A stretch of DNA of 7,414 nucleotides from a virus (lineage: Duplodnaviria; Heunggongvirae; Uroviricota; Caudoviricetes), in IMG/VR virus record IMGVR_UViG_2713896831_000005, positions 1 through 7,414 of that record. The stretch is one strand, 5' to 3'. The translations under genes and the position numbers were made by a program. Position 1 is the first letter of the stretch, and each line of letters starts with the position of its first letter. This document shows positions 1 to 6,814 of this stretch, piece after piece. The notes below the pieces were generated by a model. It was not told the origin of the DNA and did not search any database. It saw only the letters and a program-made list of their open reading frames with translations.

Positions 1-912
1 ATGATAACCAACATCACCACAGCAAAATGGTTTTTTCCAGCCTTTGATGCAGGTTTAATGTTAGTATTTTCATCCGCAGTCACGCTCTATTGCATCAATA
101 GGATCAGCAAGAAATTCCCAGATACTAACGAATTACTACCATTTTTTGGTTTAATCGTTTGGGTCTTGTTGATCGTCGGCTACTATGTCGTTCGCTACAA
201 CAATAACTATCAGACTTCATTATCAATAATCGTAGCCGGTTCGATAGCAGGTATGGGATGGTGGATACAGTTCATCACTTCAGCCGCAAGCGATCGCAGA
301 AAGCATACCCTCAATGTAGTGCTAAGCACCAGAACATGTACTGAATATCAAACAAATCTGCGTAACTTTACTCATCTGTGGAGAGGCAATCGTCACATAC
401 CCAAAGAACTTTGTGAATGGAGAGACGATCCAGATAACCCTAAATTTCAAAACGCAAATGTTCCAAAAGAGGTCGTGGACGGCATAAACGGGATGCTATA
501 TATCCTCAACTTCTTCGAGTTTTTGGCACAAGGTATCAAAGCAAATGACCTTGATGATAAATTACTCCGCGAATGCTTTTGTGGTTTTTTGGAAGGATTA
601 GAAAGACGAGCATATTTCATTTTGTCAGAGGCACAAAAGAAGGATGAGCGTTTTTTTGAAGGTATTGTTTTCTTATGCAAGCGTTGGAACAATGATAAGT
701 CAATCATAGAAAAGCATCGTCATTCAGCCCCTCCGGTTGATATAGGGATAAGCTATCCTCCTAAAGATGAAGTGATGGAAATGTTAGGAATGACCTCACA
801 CGACCATCAGTCTCGCAAACGTAGACGTAGAAAAACAAAAAAAGTTACAACTACTCAACCTGCAGCCAACACGAGCCCTCTGAATTCATCTCAAATAGCC
901 TCATCAGGATAA
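1..912 (+). CDS. Hypothetical membrane-anchored protein (303 aa) with three predicted N-terminal transmembrane helices, a soluble domain of about 200 aa and a poly-basic C-terminal tail; function unknown
   Basis: Uninterrupted 303-codon ORF from the first base of the window to a TAA stop at 910..912. Hydrophobic segments in the translation (FFPAFDAGLMLVFSSAVTLYCI, LLPFFGLIVWVLLIVGYYVV, SLSIIVAGSIAGMGWWIQFITSA) look like three transmembrane helices, and the C-terminus is strongly basic (SRKRRRRKTKKVTT). The region is visibly AT-rich compared with the tail genes. The ATG sits at the window edge, so the true start and its ribosome-binding site cannot be checked. No family was recognised from memory. 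Confidence 0.55.
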   Translation: MITNITTAKWFFPAFDAGLMLVFSSAVTLYCINRISKKFPDTNELLPFFGLIVWVLLIVGYYVVRYNNNYQTSLSIIVAGSIAGMGWWIQFITSAASDRRKHTLNVVLSTRTCTEYQTNLRNFTHLWRGNRHIPKELCEWRDDPDNPKFQNANVPKEVVDGINGMLYILNFFEFLAQGIKANDLDDKLLRECFCGFLEGLERRAYFILSEAQKKDERFFEGIVFLCKRWNNDKSIIEKHRHSAPPVDIGISYPPKDEVMEMLGMTSHDHQSRKRRRRKTKKVTTTQPAANTSPLNSSQIASSG

Positions 913-937
913 CCACCTGATATGGCAGTTAAAGGAG

Positions 938-963
938 AAAGCCCGCTGATACGGGTTTTCTTC
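938..963 (+). terminator. Weak candidate intrinsic terminator downstream of the 1..912 ORF
   Basis: Short hairpin (CCCG 942..945, loop CTGATA, CGGG 952..955, extendable with A-T and G-U pairs) followed by TTTTCTTC. The stem is short and the T-tract partly overlaps it, so this is weak. Confidence 0.25.
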
Positions 964-1228
964 AATCCTTAGGCTTTCAGCTGAGTTCGGTATAGCTTGA
1001 TCCTGAATTCCCCATCTATCGCGCATATCAGCAGCGAGCAATCACAGGCTGAAAGCGACACGTCCACAACAAGTAGCGCCCCCTAGATTATCCCTTCCCT
1101 GAAATGTGAACGCGCAGCGCGCATGAAGTAAGTCGCTGATGGCTGGCTGATAAGCTGCTGATCGAGGGAAATCCTTTTTTCAACATAATCAGCCGCAGGT
1201 GAAGGAAAGCCCATGTTTACGCCCTCTC

Positions 1229-1257
1229 TTGAATACCGGATAAAAACACAGCATAAG
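1229..1257 (+). promoter_or_regulatory. Putative sigma70 promoter for the DinI-like gene
   Basis: TTGAAT at 1229..1234 as a -35 element, a 17-bp spacer, then CATAAG at 1252..1257 as a -10 element (4 of 6 matches to TATAAT), immediately upstream of the LexA-box-like site. Assigned by eye only. Confidence 0.3.
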
Positions 1258-1277
1258 TACTGCATATCCATCCAGTA
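1258..1277 (+). promoter_or_regulatory. Candidate LexA (SOS) operator upstream of the DinI-like gene
   Basis: TACTGCATATCCATCCAGTA has the CTG-N10-CAG core of the E. coli LexA box (consensus TACTGTATATATATACAGTA), with 15 of 20 positions matching. It sits just downstream of the putative -10 and ends right where the ribosome-binding site begins, the usual position for an SOS operator. Confidence 0.5.
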
Positions 1278-1292
1278 AAGGAGCAATGAGCA

Positions 1293-1535
1293 ATGTTCGT
1301 GGAACTCGTTTATGACAAAAGGAATTTTGATGGCCTGCCCGGTGCAAAAGATATCATTCTGGGCGAATTTACCAAGAGGGTTCACCGGATTTTCCCCGAT
1401 GCTGAGGTCCGGGTTAAACCGATGATGATTCTGCCAGCAATCAACACTGACGCGAGCAAACATGAGAAAGAACAGATAAGTCGTACTGTTCAGGAAATGT
1501 TTGAAGAGGCTGATATGTGGCTGGTTGAAAGTTAA
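1293..1535 (+). CDS. dinI: DinI-family protein (DNA-damage-inducible protein I-like, 80 aa)
   Basis: 80-aa ORF with AAGGAG at 1278..1283, 9 nt before the ATG. The translation has the DinI-family size and conserved blocks (central FPD motif and a C-terminal KHEKEQISRTVQEMFEEADMWLVES resembling the KEDKQRISEILQETWESADDWFV region of E. coli DinI, as recalled from memory). The LexA-box-like site upstream fits an SOS-regulated dinI paralogue, which lambdoid prophages commonly carry. Confidence 0.85.
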   Translation: MFVELVYDKRNFDGLPGAKDIILGEFTKRVHRIFPDAEVRVKPMMILPAINTDASKHEKEQISRTVQEMFEEADMWLVES

Positions 1536-1795
1536 CCATAAAACGCAGCCCCAAACACCTGTGAACAACTACATCTAGTGTTGCAAAATGAAAAACACAA
1601 CTACATGGAACTTTTATCATTAAAAGGTGTCTGATTTTTTACAATCTACTATCAGAAACTAATCTTTAGTAAAAAATGCCATCTGATTACAAGTGACTGA
1701 TGAGTATAAACTCATTAATATGTACTAACGGTTACCAATACGGTAAACTTGTTGCAGTATCTGAAAGAAAACCACACAACAAAAGGGGGCATGTT

Positions 1796-2266
1796 ATGGC
1801 TTATTCTGCAGCAGCAGTTGCTAATGCCTTCATTGAGAAGGCGAACAAAGGTGAACTTTCTGAGCTGACTCCCATGAAGCTCCAGAAGTTGCTTTTCTAT
1901 ACACAATCTTGGCACTTGAAGCTGTGCAATGGCAGACCTCTTTTTGATGATCTCTTTGCACGCTGGAAGTTTGGCCCAGTAATACCGCCGCTCTATCACA
2001 TGCTAAAAAAATACGGGTCTGGTGAAATACAAGAACCCATTAGCATAATTATTGACTCAAATGGAGAGTGGAAGCGTATTACCCCCACGATACAGAAAGA
2101 CGATGCTGACGCCATGAAACTGATTGATAAAATCATAGAGGTCTATGGCGGATATTCAGGAACAGCATTATCAAATATGACTCATGCACCTGGTAGTGCC
2201 TGGAGCCGTGGAGCTGTTGACGGTGGTCCAATCACTCATACGGACATGGCTGAACATATCCATTAA
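1796..2266 (+). CDS. DUF4065 / Panacea-domain protein (PanA/SocA/GepA-like, COG3600), 156 aa; candidate antitoxin or anti-defence component
   Basis: The ORF track gives 1700..2266, but the first in-frame ATG with a ribosome-binding site is at 1796 (AAAAGGGGG at 1781..1789, 6 nt spacer). From that start the protein begins MAYSAAAVANAFIEKA and contains TPMKLQKLLFYTQSWHLKLCNGRPLFDDLFARWKFGPVIPPLYHMLKKYG, matching my recollection of the conserved DUF4065 core (MKLQKLLYFAQ ... PLF ... W..GPV ... Y). The stop overlaps the next start as TAATG. Confidence 0.7.
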   Translation: MAYSAAAVANAFIEKANKGELSELTPMKLQKLLFYTQSWHLKLCNGRPLFDDLFARWKFGPVIPPLYHMLKKYGSGEIQEPISIIIDSNGEWKRITPTIQKDDADAMKLIDKIIEVYGGYSGTALSNMTHAPGSAWSRGAVDGGPITHTDMAEHIH

Positions 2267-2652
2267 TGTCTGAATTTGAACGAATCTCCATCCCCAGCGG
2301 CACTAGATTAGGTGCCGCTCCCATTTCCAGCTCAGAAGATGAGCCTCCTTCATCTGAAGTATCCACTCGCGGTGATAATGTAACCCCGCAAAGCGTTGAA
2401 GATGCGAAATCTTATCGTAAGTTGCGGGAAATTTTCGCCGAAAAGGCTTATAAGGTAGCAAAAAAATCACTTTATGGATGGGCGATTCTACTTTTCGCAC
2501 AAGGATGGTTTTCACTGATTGGTATTCAGATTTTCTCTGACAAAGTCCTCATAGCTATAACAACCGCTGTAACACTTAACGTCTTCGCCGCTTTCCTTGG
2601 TGTAATAAGAGGACTGTTTCCTTCAGGTAAGTCCTCCGGGGAAAAAGAGTAG
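2266..2652 (+). CDS. Small two-transmembrane-helix protein (128 aa) translationally coupled to the DUF4065 gene; candidate membrane-acting toxin or effector
   Basis: The ATG overlaps the upstream stop by one base (TAATG at 2264..2268) and has no separate Shine-Dalgarno, which suggests translational coupling. The N-terminal ~65 residues are hydrophilic and acidic (SSEDEPPSSEVSTRGDNVTPQSVEDAK), followed by two hydrophobic helices (LYGWAILLFAQGWFSLIGIQIF and VLIAITTAVTLNVFAAFLGVIRGLF). The ORF ends 69 nt before a hairpin terminator. Confidence 0.6.
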   Translation: MSEFERISIPSGTRLGAAPISSSEDEPPSSEVSTRGDNVTPQSVEDAKSYRKLREIFAEKAYKVAKKSLYGWAILLFAQGWFSLIGIQIFSDKVLIAITTAVTLNVFAAFLGVIRGLFPSGKSSGEKE

Positions 2653-2720
2653 CTTTTCAACCAATCCGCCGTGACTGGCAATCATTCAATACTCGCACTA
2701 TCAAAAGTTTACTAGCCAAA

Positions 2721-2766
2721 CCGCAGCACGTCCTGCATACGTCGTGTCTGCGGTTTTTCTTTTTTG
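2721..2766 (+). terminator. Rho-independent terminator between the convergent accessory operon and tfa
   Basis: Inverted repeat CCGCAGCACG ... CGTGTCTGCGG (2721..2753, one bulged base) followed by TTTTTCTTTTTT (2754..2765). It lies between the plus-strand ORF ending at 2652 and the minus-strand tfa ending at 2768. The U-tract is on the plus strand, so termination is expected mainly for the plus-strand operon and only weakly for the minus strand. Confidence 0.5.
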
Positions 2767-2767
2767 C

Positions 2768-3352
2768 TTACATTGTGTCTGGTTCTTCCGGCCACTCAAT
2801 ATCAGGTGCAGTTGATGTATCAACACGGTTCAGCAACACCCGATACTTTTTCCAGGCTTCCAGCAATGAGTTTTCTTCCTCCGTTGCGATTTCCAGATCT
2901 ACAGCATCCTGAAGTGGCGCAATATGCTCACTGGCTACCTGCATCAGGTTGTTTTTTGTTTCTTCCGCCTCCCGGATCCGGAACAGTTTTTCTGCTTCCG
3001 TATCCTTCAACCAGGCTGTGCCGTTCCACTTCTGATATTCCCCTTCCGGCGATAACCAGGTAACATTTTCCGGTAACGGACCGAGTTCAGAAATAAATAA
3101 CGCGTCGCCGGAAGCCACGTCATAAACCGTTTTACCCCGATGATCTTCAACGAGATGCCACGATGACTCATCACTGTTGAAAACAGCCACGAAGCCAGCC
3201 GGAATATCTGGCGGTGCAATATCGGTACTGTTTGCAGGCAGACCTGTATGAGGTGGAATATATGCGTCACCGTCACCAATAAATTCATTAGTTCCGGCCA
3301 GCAGATTATAAATTTTTATGGTCCGTGGTTGTTCACTCATTCTGAATGCCAT
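2768..3352 (-). CDS. tfa: Tail fibre assembly protein Tfa (194 aa), lambda Tfa-like chaperone
   Basis: 194-aa minus-strand ORF. The translation ([62 protein letters not shown]...) is near-identical over most of its length to phage lambda Tfa as I recall it. Its start overlaps the stf stop (TAATG on the minus strand at 3350..3354), the expected stf-tfa arrangement. Confidence 0.95.
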   Translation of the reverse strand: MAFRMSEQPRTIKIYNLLAGTNEFIGDGDAYIPPHTGLPANSTDIAPPDIPAGFVAVFNSDESSWHLVEDHRGKTVYDVASGDALFISELGPLPENVTWLSPEGEYQKWNGTAWLKDTEAEKLFRIREAEETKNNLMQVASEHIAPLQDAVDLEIATEEENSLLEAWKKYRVLLNRVDTSTAPDIEWPEEPDTM

Positions 3353-6300
3353 TATGCAAGCCTCACAATATAGTTAAATGCGATGTTTTTGACGGTGTTT
3401 TCCGCGTTACCAGCAGCGTTAACGGTGATGGTGTGTCCATGTGAACCAATCGCAACGGAGTGCGTATGAGCACCAATACCGACAGTATGCGCGTGTGCAC
3501 CTGCAGATGCTGCTGTGCCGGACAGTGAATGGCTATGATTACCATCTGTACTGGTATTCGCTAACCACCCCGTAGACATACCTACTGAGCCTTGTACACC
3601 CCAGGTATTTTGACCTGAGCTTGTATAACCATATTGATAAGTATCTTTAAAAACACTGGGGTTAAATCGACGGCCATCTCTATGGCTGTGATTACCAGCT
3701 GCATTCGTGCTGCCACTTAAACTATGGGTATGCGCACCAGTGTTATTCGTGGATTTAGTGCCGTAATCAAACGACGATGTGGTTTTCGTCCCCAAATCCG
3801 TACTGGATGCGCTGGCGCTGTGGGTATGCGATTTAATGCCATCCTGTTCCTGAGACAATACGGCACGACCACTGGCGGGCTTGCCCTTAATCGTCCAGCC
3901 ACGCAAATCAGGGATCACGCCTGACGGATAAGCGGCAGCAAGTTTCGGGTAGGCAGATTTGTCAAAAGTCTGCCCCTGCATCAGGGCATAACCAAACGGA
4001 ACGGTATCTGATGGCCACGGGATTGGTGCGCCGACTGGGTAGCTTTCTGGTGGAAGATTTTTCGAGGTATAAACTTCTGCCCAGTCTTCCTCAAAACCAT
4101 AACCGTCTCTTGAAGAACGGTAGAACAGACCACCATTTCTGTAATGCGCCTTCATCTGCAAGGTCCGGCAACTTCCGACTCCGGTATAGAAGTTAACCAG
4201 AATATAGCTGTCGCCAGAGCGGGTGACATTATAAGCGCCTGATTCGGCATTCCAGGGAACGCCACCATCCGCATCGGCATATGTATCCGTTGCCCTTCTG
4301 GCAAAAGCAGCCACATGCGCGGCGGTTAAAGTAATATCTCTGGAACCATCAAACTCAACACCAGAAACCCGTCTTGGCGTTTGCAGCTTTGTTGCTGTTA
4401 ATGCATTACCGTTCAGACTTGCGGACAGTTTGGTTCCAATAACCAGTTCGCCGGTTGCGTTATCAATAGCAAACGGTCTTAATGTATTCCAGCCACCATA
4501 AACATCACCTTGATTGGTAAGCAGCAGGTAAGTTTTAGCGCCATCATTACGCCATAATGCCCCATACTCCCCACCTATCATTCGAATCTGATTACCACCA
4601 CGCGCTACAATTTCGTCTGTGGCAAAAAGTTTTTTGCACGACAAGTTATCGTTAACGATTAACGAATGAGACTCATAAAAACCACGCCCACTCTTAAAAT
4701 CAAGGATAACGTCCGCCGCGATACATTCAGTCGCCGGATTTGTTGCCCCAAACTTATAGGTCGTATCATTAACAACGAGATCAGCACCAGGTGCGGATAT
4801 TGACAGGCCATCTTCGATAAACGCAAAAACAGGGAAAGCAGCGCCATCAACATAGAACACAGAGCGCAAATCATCGCCCTTATTACTCATCATTATTGAG
4901 TGGATGGCTCGTTCATTGTTTTGATATTGCCAGAACATTCCATAAGCATAACGCCCCCTGTCAGTCCAGCCACCAGGCATAACAAATCCGTTAAACTCGC
5001 AGTTATTCATCGGATCGCCTGCGGTTCGCGTTGCCGTGGTGATAATGACCCTTGATGCCAGTTCGCTTACTGAGCCAGCAGAACGCATAACAACAACAGG
5101 GTAATATTTTCCAGATGTTGCACCTGCAGGAGCGTTAACCCGCACATAACGCATACCACGCTTATCAGCAAAGTCTGTTTTACTGACCGCGTTAATGTTG
5201 TTCAGGAAGCGTCCCTTATCGGGTATATCAGCGCCGTTCTGGTCTTTCTGCAGACGTTTCTCTGCATTGTCATAGGCTGATTTTACTGCCTTTGGCGTTG
5301 CCGCCAGCGTTTCAGACGTACTGTTGGTCGCACTGCTGAGCTGTACTATCCCCTTTTTCGTCGTACTTGCATCCTCAAGCGCCACGGCGGATGCAATATC
5401 CTCTGCCCGTTTTGCCGCTGTCTCGGCGCGCGTTGCCGCGGATTCCGCCGTACTTTTGCTCTGTGCTGCCGCCGTCGCACTGCCAGCTGCCTCTGTCGCC
5501 TTCGTGGATGCTGTCGTGGCGCTGCCCTTCGCTGCGGACGCTTGTCTGGTCGCCTCATCTTTTGAAGCAGACGCCGATGATGCCGATGACGCCGCCGAAC
5601 TGGCGGACGATGCGGCAGCCGTTTTTGAGGATTCTGCGCTGGTTTCCGACGCTTTCGCGTTCGTCTCGGATGTCTTCGCTGCGGAAGCAGACCTCGCTGC
5701 TGCGCTGGCCTGTTCAGTGGCTTCGCCAGCCTTCGTTGTGGCTGTTGAAGCAGACGATGCGGCACTTTCTGCCGATTTTCCGGCGGCGGTGGCACTGGCT
5801 GAGGCCTGCCCGGCACTTGTTGACGCGGCACTGGCAGACGACGCAGCCGCTGTTTTTGAGCCTGCCGCAGCCGAGGCGCTCTGTCCCGCTGCCGTTTCAG
5901 AAGACCTGGCGTTTGTCTCAGACGTCTTTGCCGCCTTCGCGGAATTGCCTGCCGCCGTTGCCGAGGAAGCGGCACTACTGGCGCTTGATGATGCGTTCGT
6001 TTCTGATGATTTCGCTGCCTCTTTTGAGGCCGCCGCATCCCGTGCTGAGGTGGCTGCTTCTGACGCCTTCGTGGTCGCGGCGGATGCAGAAGTGGCTGCT
6101 GATTGTTGTGACGCTGCCGCATTCGTTTCTGACGTTTTCGCCGCAGCGGCACTGGTAGCTGCCGCGCTTTTTGAGGACTCTGCAGCAGCAGCACTTTTCG
6201 ATGCTTCACTGGCCTTTGTTGATGCCGTTCCTGCGCTGGAAGATGCTGACTGAGCCGACGACGCGGCCTGTCCGGCTGACGTGCTGGCTGCGCGTGCTGA

Positions 6301-6750
6301 GCCTGCAGCATCAGTCGCATGGGTTGCCGCCTCACGGGCTGATGTGCCGGCATCGCTGGCTGACTTCTTCGCGGCTGCCGTGTTCTGTGCCACCGCGGAC
6401 GCGTTACGCGCCACCTCTTCCACCATCAGTTCAAAACGGCGCAGTGCCTCAGGACGGGCATCATCCTCCGTCATGGCACCGAGAAAATCATTCAGCGTAC
6501 CGGGTCGGGAATCTTCATACACGGTGATGGTCCCGGCATGTGACGGCGGGAATCCCTCCACCAACAGAATAACGCTGTACTGACCGTACTCAACGTCCAT
6601 GCTGTAACGCCCGGCTTCATCCGGATTTTCTGAGGCCAGCGTGTTCACCACCACCGTGGTGCTGTTACGTTTTGCTTTCAGCTGGATTGTGCAGTTCTGT
6701 ACCGGTTTTCCTGTGCCGTCTTTCAGTACACCTGAAATCTTTACTGCCAT
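3352..6750 (-). CDS. stf: Side tail fibre protein Stf (about 1132 aa), full length, with a histidine-rich HxH-repeat C-terminal receptor-binding tip
   Basis: Long minus-strand ORF. The N-terminus ([60 protein letters not shown]...) matches lambda Stf as recalled. The ORF track starts at 6756 (MNM...), but the ATG at 6750 has GGGG 5 nt upstream and gives the canonical MAVKISG start, so 6750 is preferred. The middle is a long Ala/Ser/Thr-rich low-complexity shaft. The C-terminus carries multiple HxH motifs ([45 protein letters not shown]) and ends [11 protein letters not shown], as in lambda/T4 gp37-type fibre tips. Confidence 0.9.
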   Translation of the reverse strand: MAVKISGVLKDGTGKPVQNCTIQLKAKRNSTTVVVNTLASENPDEAGRYSMDVEYGQYSVILLVEGFPPSHAGTITVYEDSRPGTLNDFLGAMTEDDARPEALRRFELMVEEVARNASAVAQNTAAAKKSASDAGTSAREAATHATDAAGSARAASTSAGQAASSAQSASSSAGTASTKASEASKSAAAAESSKSAAATSAAAAKTSETNAAASQQSAATSASAATTKASEAATSARDAAASKEAAKSSETNASSSASSAASSATAAGNSAKAAKTSETNARSSETAAGQSASAAAGSKTAAASSASAASTSAGQASASATAAGKSAESAASSASTATTKAGEATEQASAAARSASAAKTSETNAKASETSAESSKTAAASSASSAASSASSASASKDEATRQASAAKGSATTASTKATEAAGSATAAAQSKSTAESAATRAETAAKRAEDIASAVALEDASTTKKGIVQLSSATNSTSETLAATPKAVKSAYDNAEKRLQKDQNGADIPDKGRFLNNINAVSKTDFADKRGMRYVRVNAPAGATSGKYYPVVVMRSAGSVSELASRVIITTATRTAGDPMNNCEFNGFVMPGGWTDRGRYAYGMFWQYQNNERAIHSIMMSNKGDDLRSVFYVDGAAFPVFAFIEDGLSISAPGADLVVNDTTYKFGATNPATECIAADVILDFKSGRGFYESHSLIVNDNLSCKKLFATDEIVARGGNQIRMIGGEYGALWRNDGAKTYLLLTNQGDVYGGWNTLRPFAIDNATGELVIGTKLSASLNGNALTATKLQTPRRVSGVEFDGSRDITLTAAHVAAFARRATDTYADADGGVPWNAESGAYNVTRSGDSYILVNFYTGVGSCRTLQMKAHYRNGGLFYRSSRDGYGFEEDWAEVYTSKNLPPESYPVGAPIPWPSDTVPFGYALMQGQTFDKSAYPKLAAAYPSGVIPDLRGWTIKGKPASGRAVLSQEQDGIKSHTHSASASSTDLGTKTTSSFDYGTKSTNNTGAHTHSLSGSTNAAGNHSHRDGRRFNPSVFKDTYQYGYTSSGQNTWGVQGSVGMSTGWLANTSTDGNHSHSLSGTAASAGAHAHTVGIGAHTHSVAIGSHGHTITVNAAGNAENTVKNIAFNYIVRLA
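5407..6408 (-). repeat. Internal low-complexity quasi-repeat region of stf (Ala/Ser/Thr-rich shaft with recurring KTSETNA-type units)
   Basis: Stf residues about 117..450 are almost only A, S, T, K, E, Q and G, with recurring units such as [41 protein letters not shown] and [18 protein letters not shown]. The underlying DNA is GC-rich and stop-poor in every frame, which explains the long overlapping spurious ORFs at 5324..6353. Boundaries are approximate. Confidence 0.5.
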
Positions 6751-6760
6751 ATTCACCCCA

Positions 6761-6788
6761 CAAAAAAGCCCGCCTGAACCGGCGGGCT
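6761..6788 (-). terminator. Rho-independent terminator downstream of lom, immediately upstream of stf
   Basis: On the minus strand an 8-bp GC-rich stem (AGCCCGCC / GGCGGGCT, 6767..6788 on plus coordinates) with a 6-nt loop is followed by TTTTTT (plus-strand A-run at 6762..6767). It lies 27 nt after the lom stop and just before the stf ribosome-binding site. Confidence 0.55.
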
Positions 6789-6814
6789 GTCATAACACTG
6801 TGTTACCTGGCTAA

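Noticed and set aside
447-707. 86-aa minus-strand ORF
   Set aside because: It lies entirely inside and antisense to the 1..912 ORF, has no evident ribosome-binding site, and its low-complexity basic translation looks like a by-product of the AT-rich region.
1083-1568. 161-aa minus-strand ORF overlapping the dinI-like gene
   Set aside because: It is antisense to a gene with clear DinI-family homology, a good ribosome-binding site and an upstream LexA box; the antisense translation has no recognisable features.
1700-1795. N-terminal extension of the DUF4065 ORF (ORF track start at 1700)
   Set aside because: The ATG at 1700 has no Shine-Dalgarno, and the extra 32 residues are not part of the conserved DUF4065 N-terminus. 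The in-frame ATG at 1796 has a strong ribosome-binding site and gives a typical family start.
1715-1999. 94-aa minus-strand ORF
   Set aside because: Antisense to the DUF4065 gene; no independent support.
2303-2515. 70-aa minus-strand ORF
   Set aside because: Antisense, inside the small membrane-protein gene; no ribosome-binding site or homology.
2764-3288. ORFs 2764..3063 (+) and 3007..3288 (-) overlapping tfa
   Set aside because: Both overlap tfa, whose translation matches lambda Tfa almost throughout; these are alternative-frame or antisense artefacts.
3363-4874. Small ORFs inside stf (3363..3545 -, 3717..3902 -, 3724..3924 +, 4011..4196 +, 4659..4874 -)
   Set aside because: All are out of frame or antisense within the stf coding region and have no independent signals.
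5324-6583. Long ORFs in alternative frames across the stf repeat region (5324..6253 +, 5346..6353 -, 5367..6158 +, 6171..6527 +, 6281..6583 +)
   Set aside because: The GC-rich Ala/Ser/Thr-coding repeat DNA is stop-poor in all frames. The translations are extreme low-complexity (poly-Ala/Asp or Arg/Pro/Gln-rich), while the stf frame gives a coherent fibre protein with conserved termini.
6751-6756. Upstream ATG (MNM) as the stf start
   Set aside because: It has no spacing from the preceding G-rich ribosome-binding-site-like sequence. The ATG at 6750 has a 5-nt spacer and reproduces the canonical MAVKISG N-terminus.
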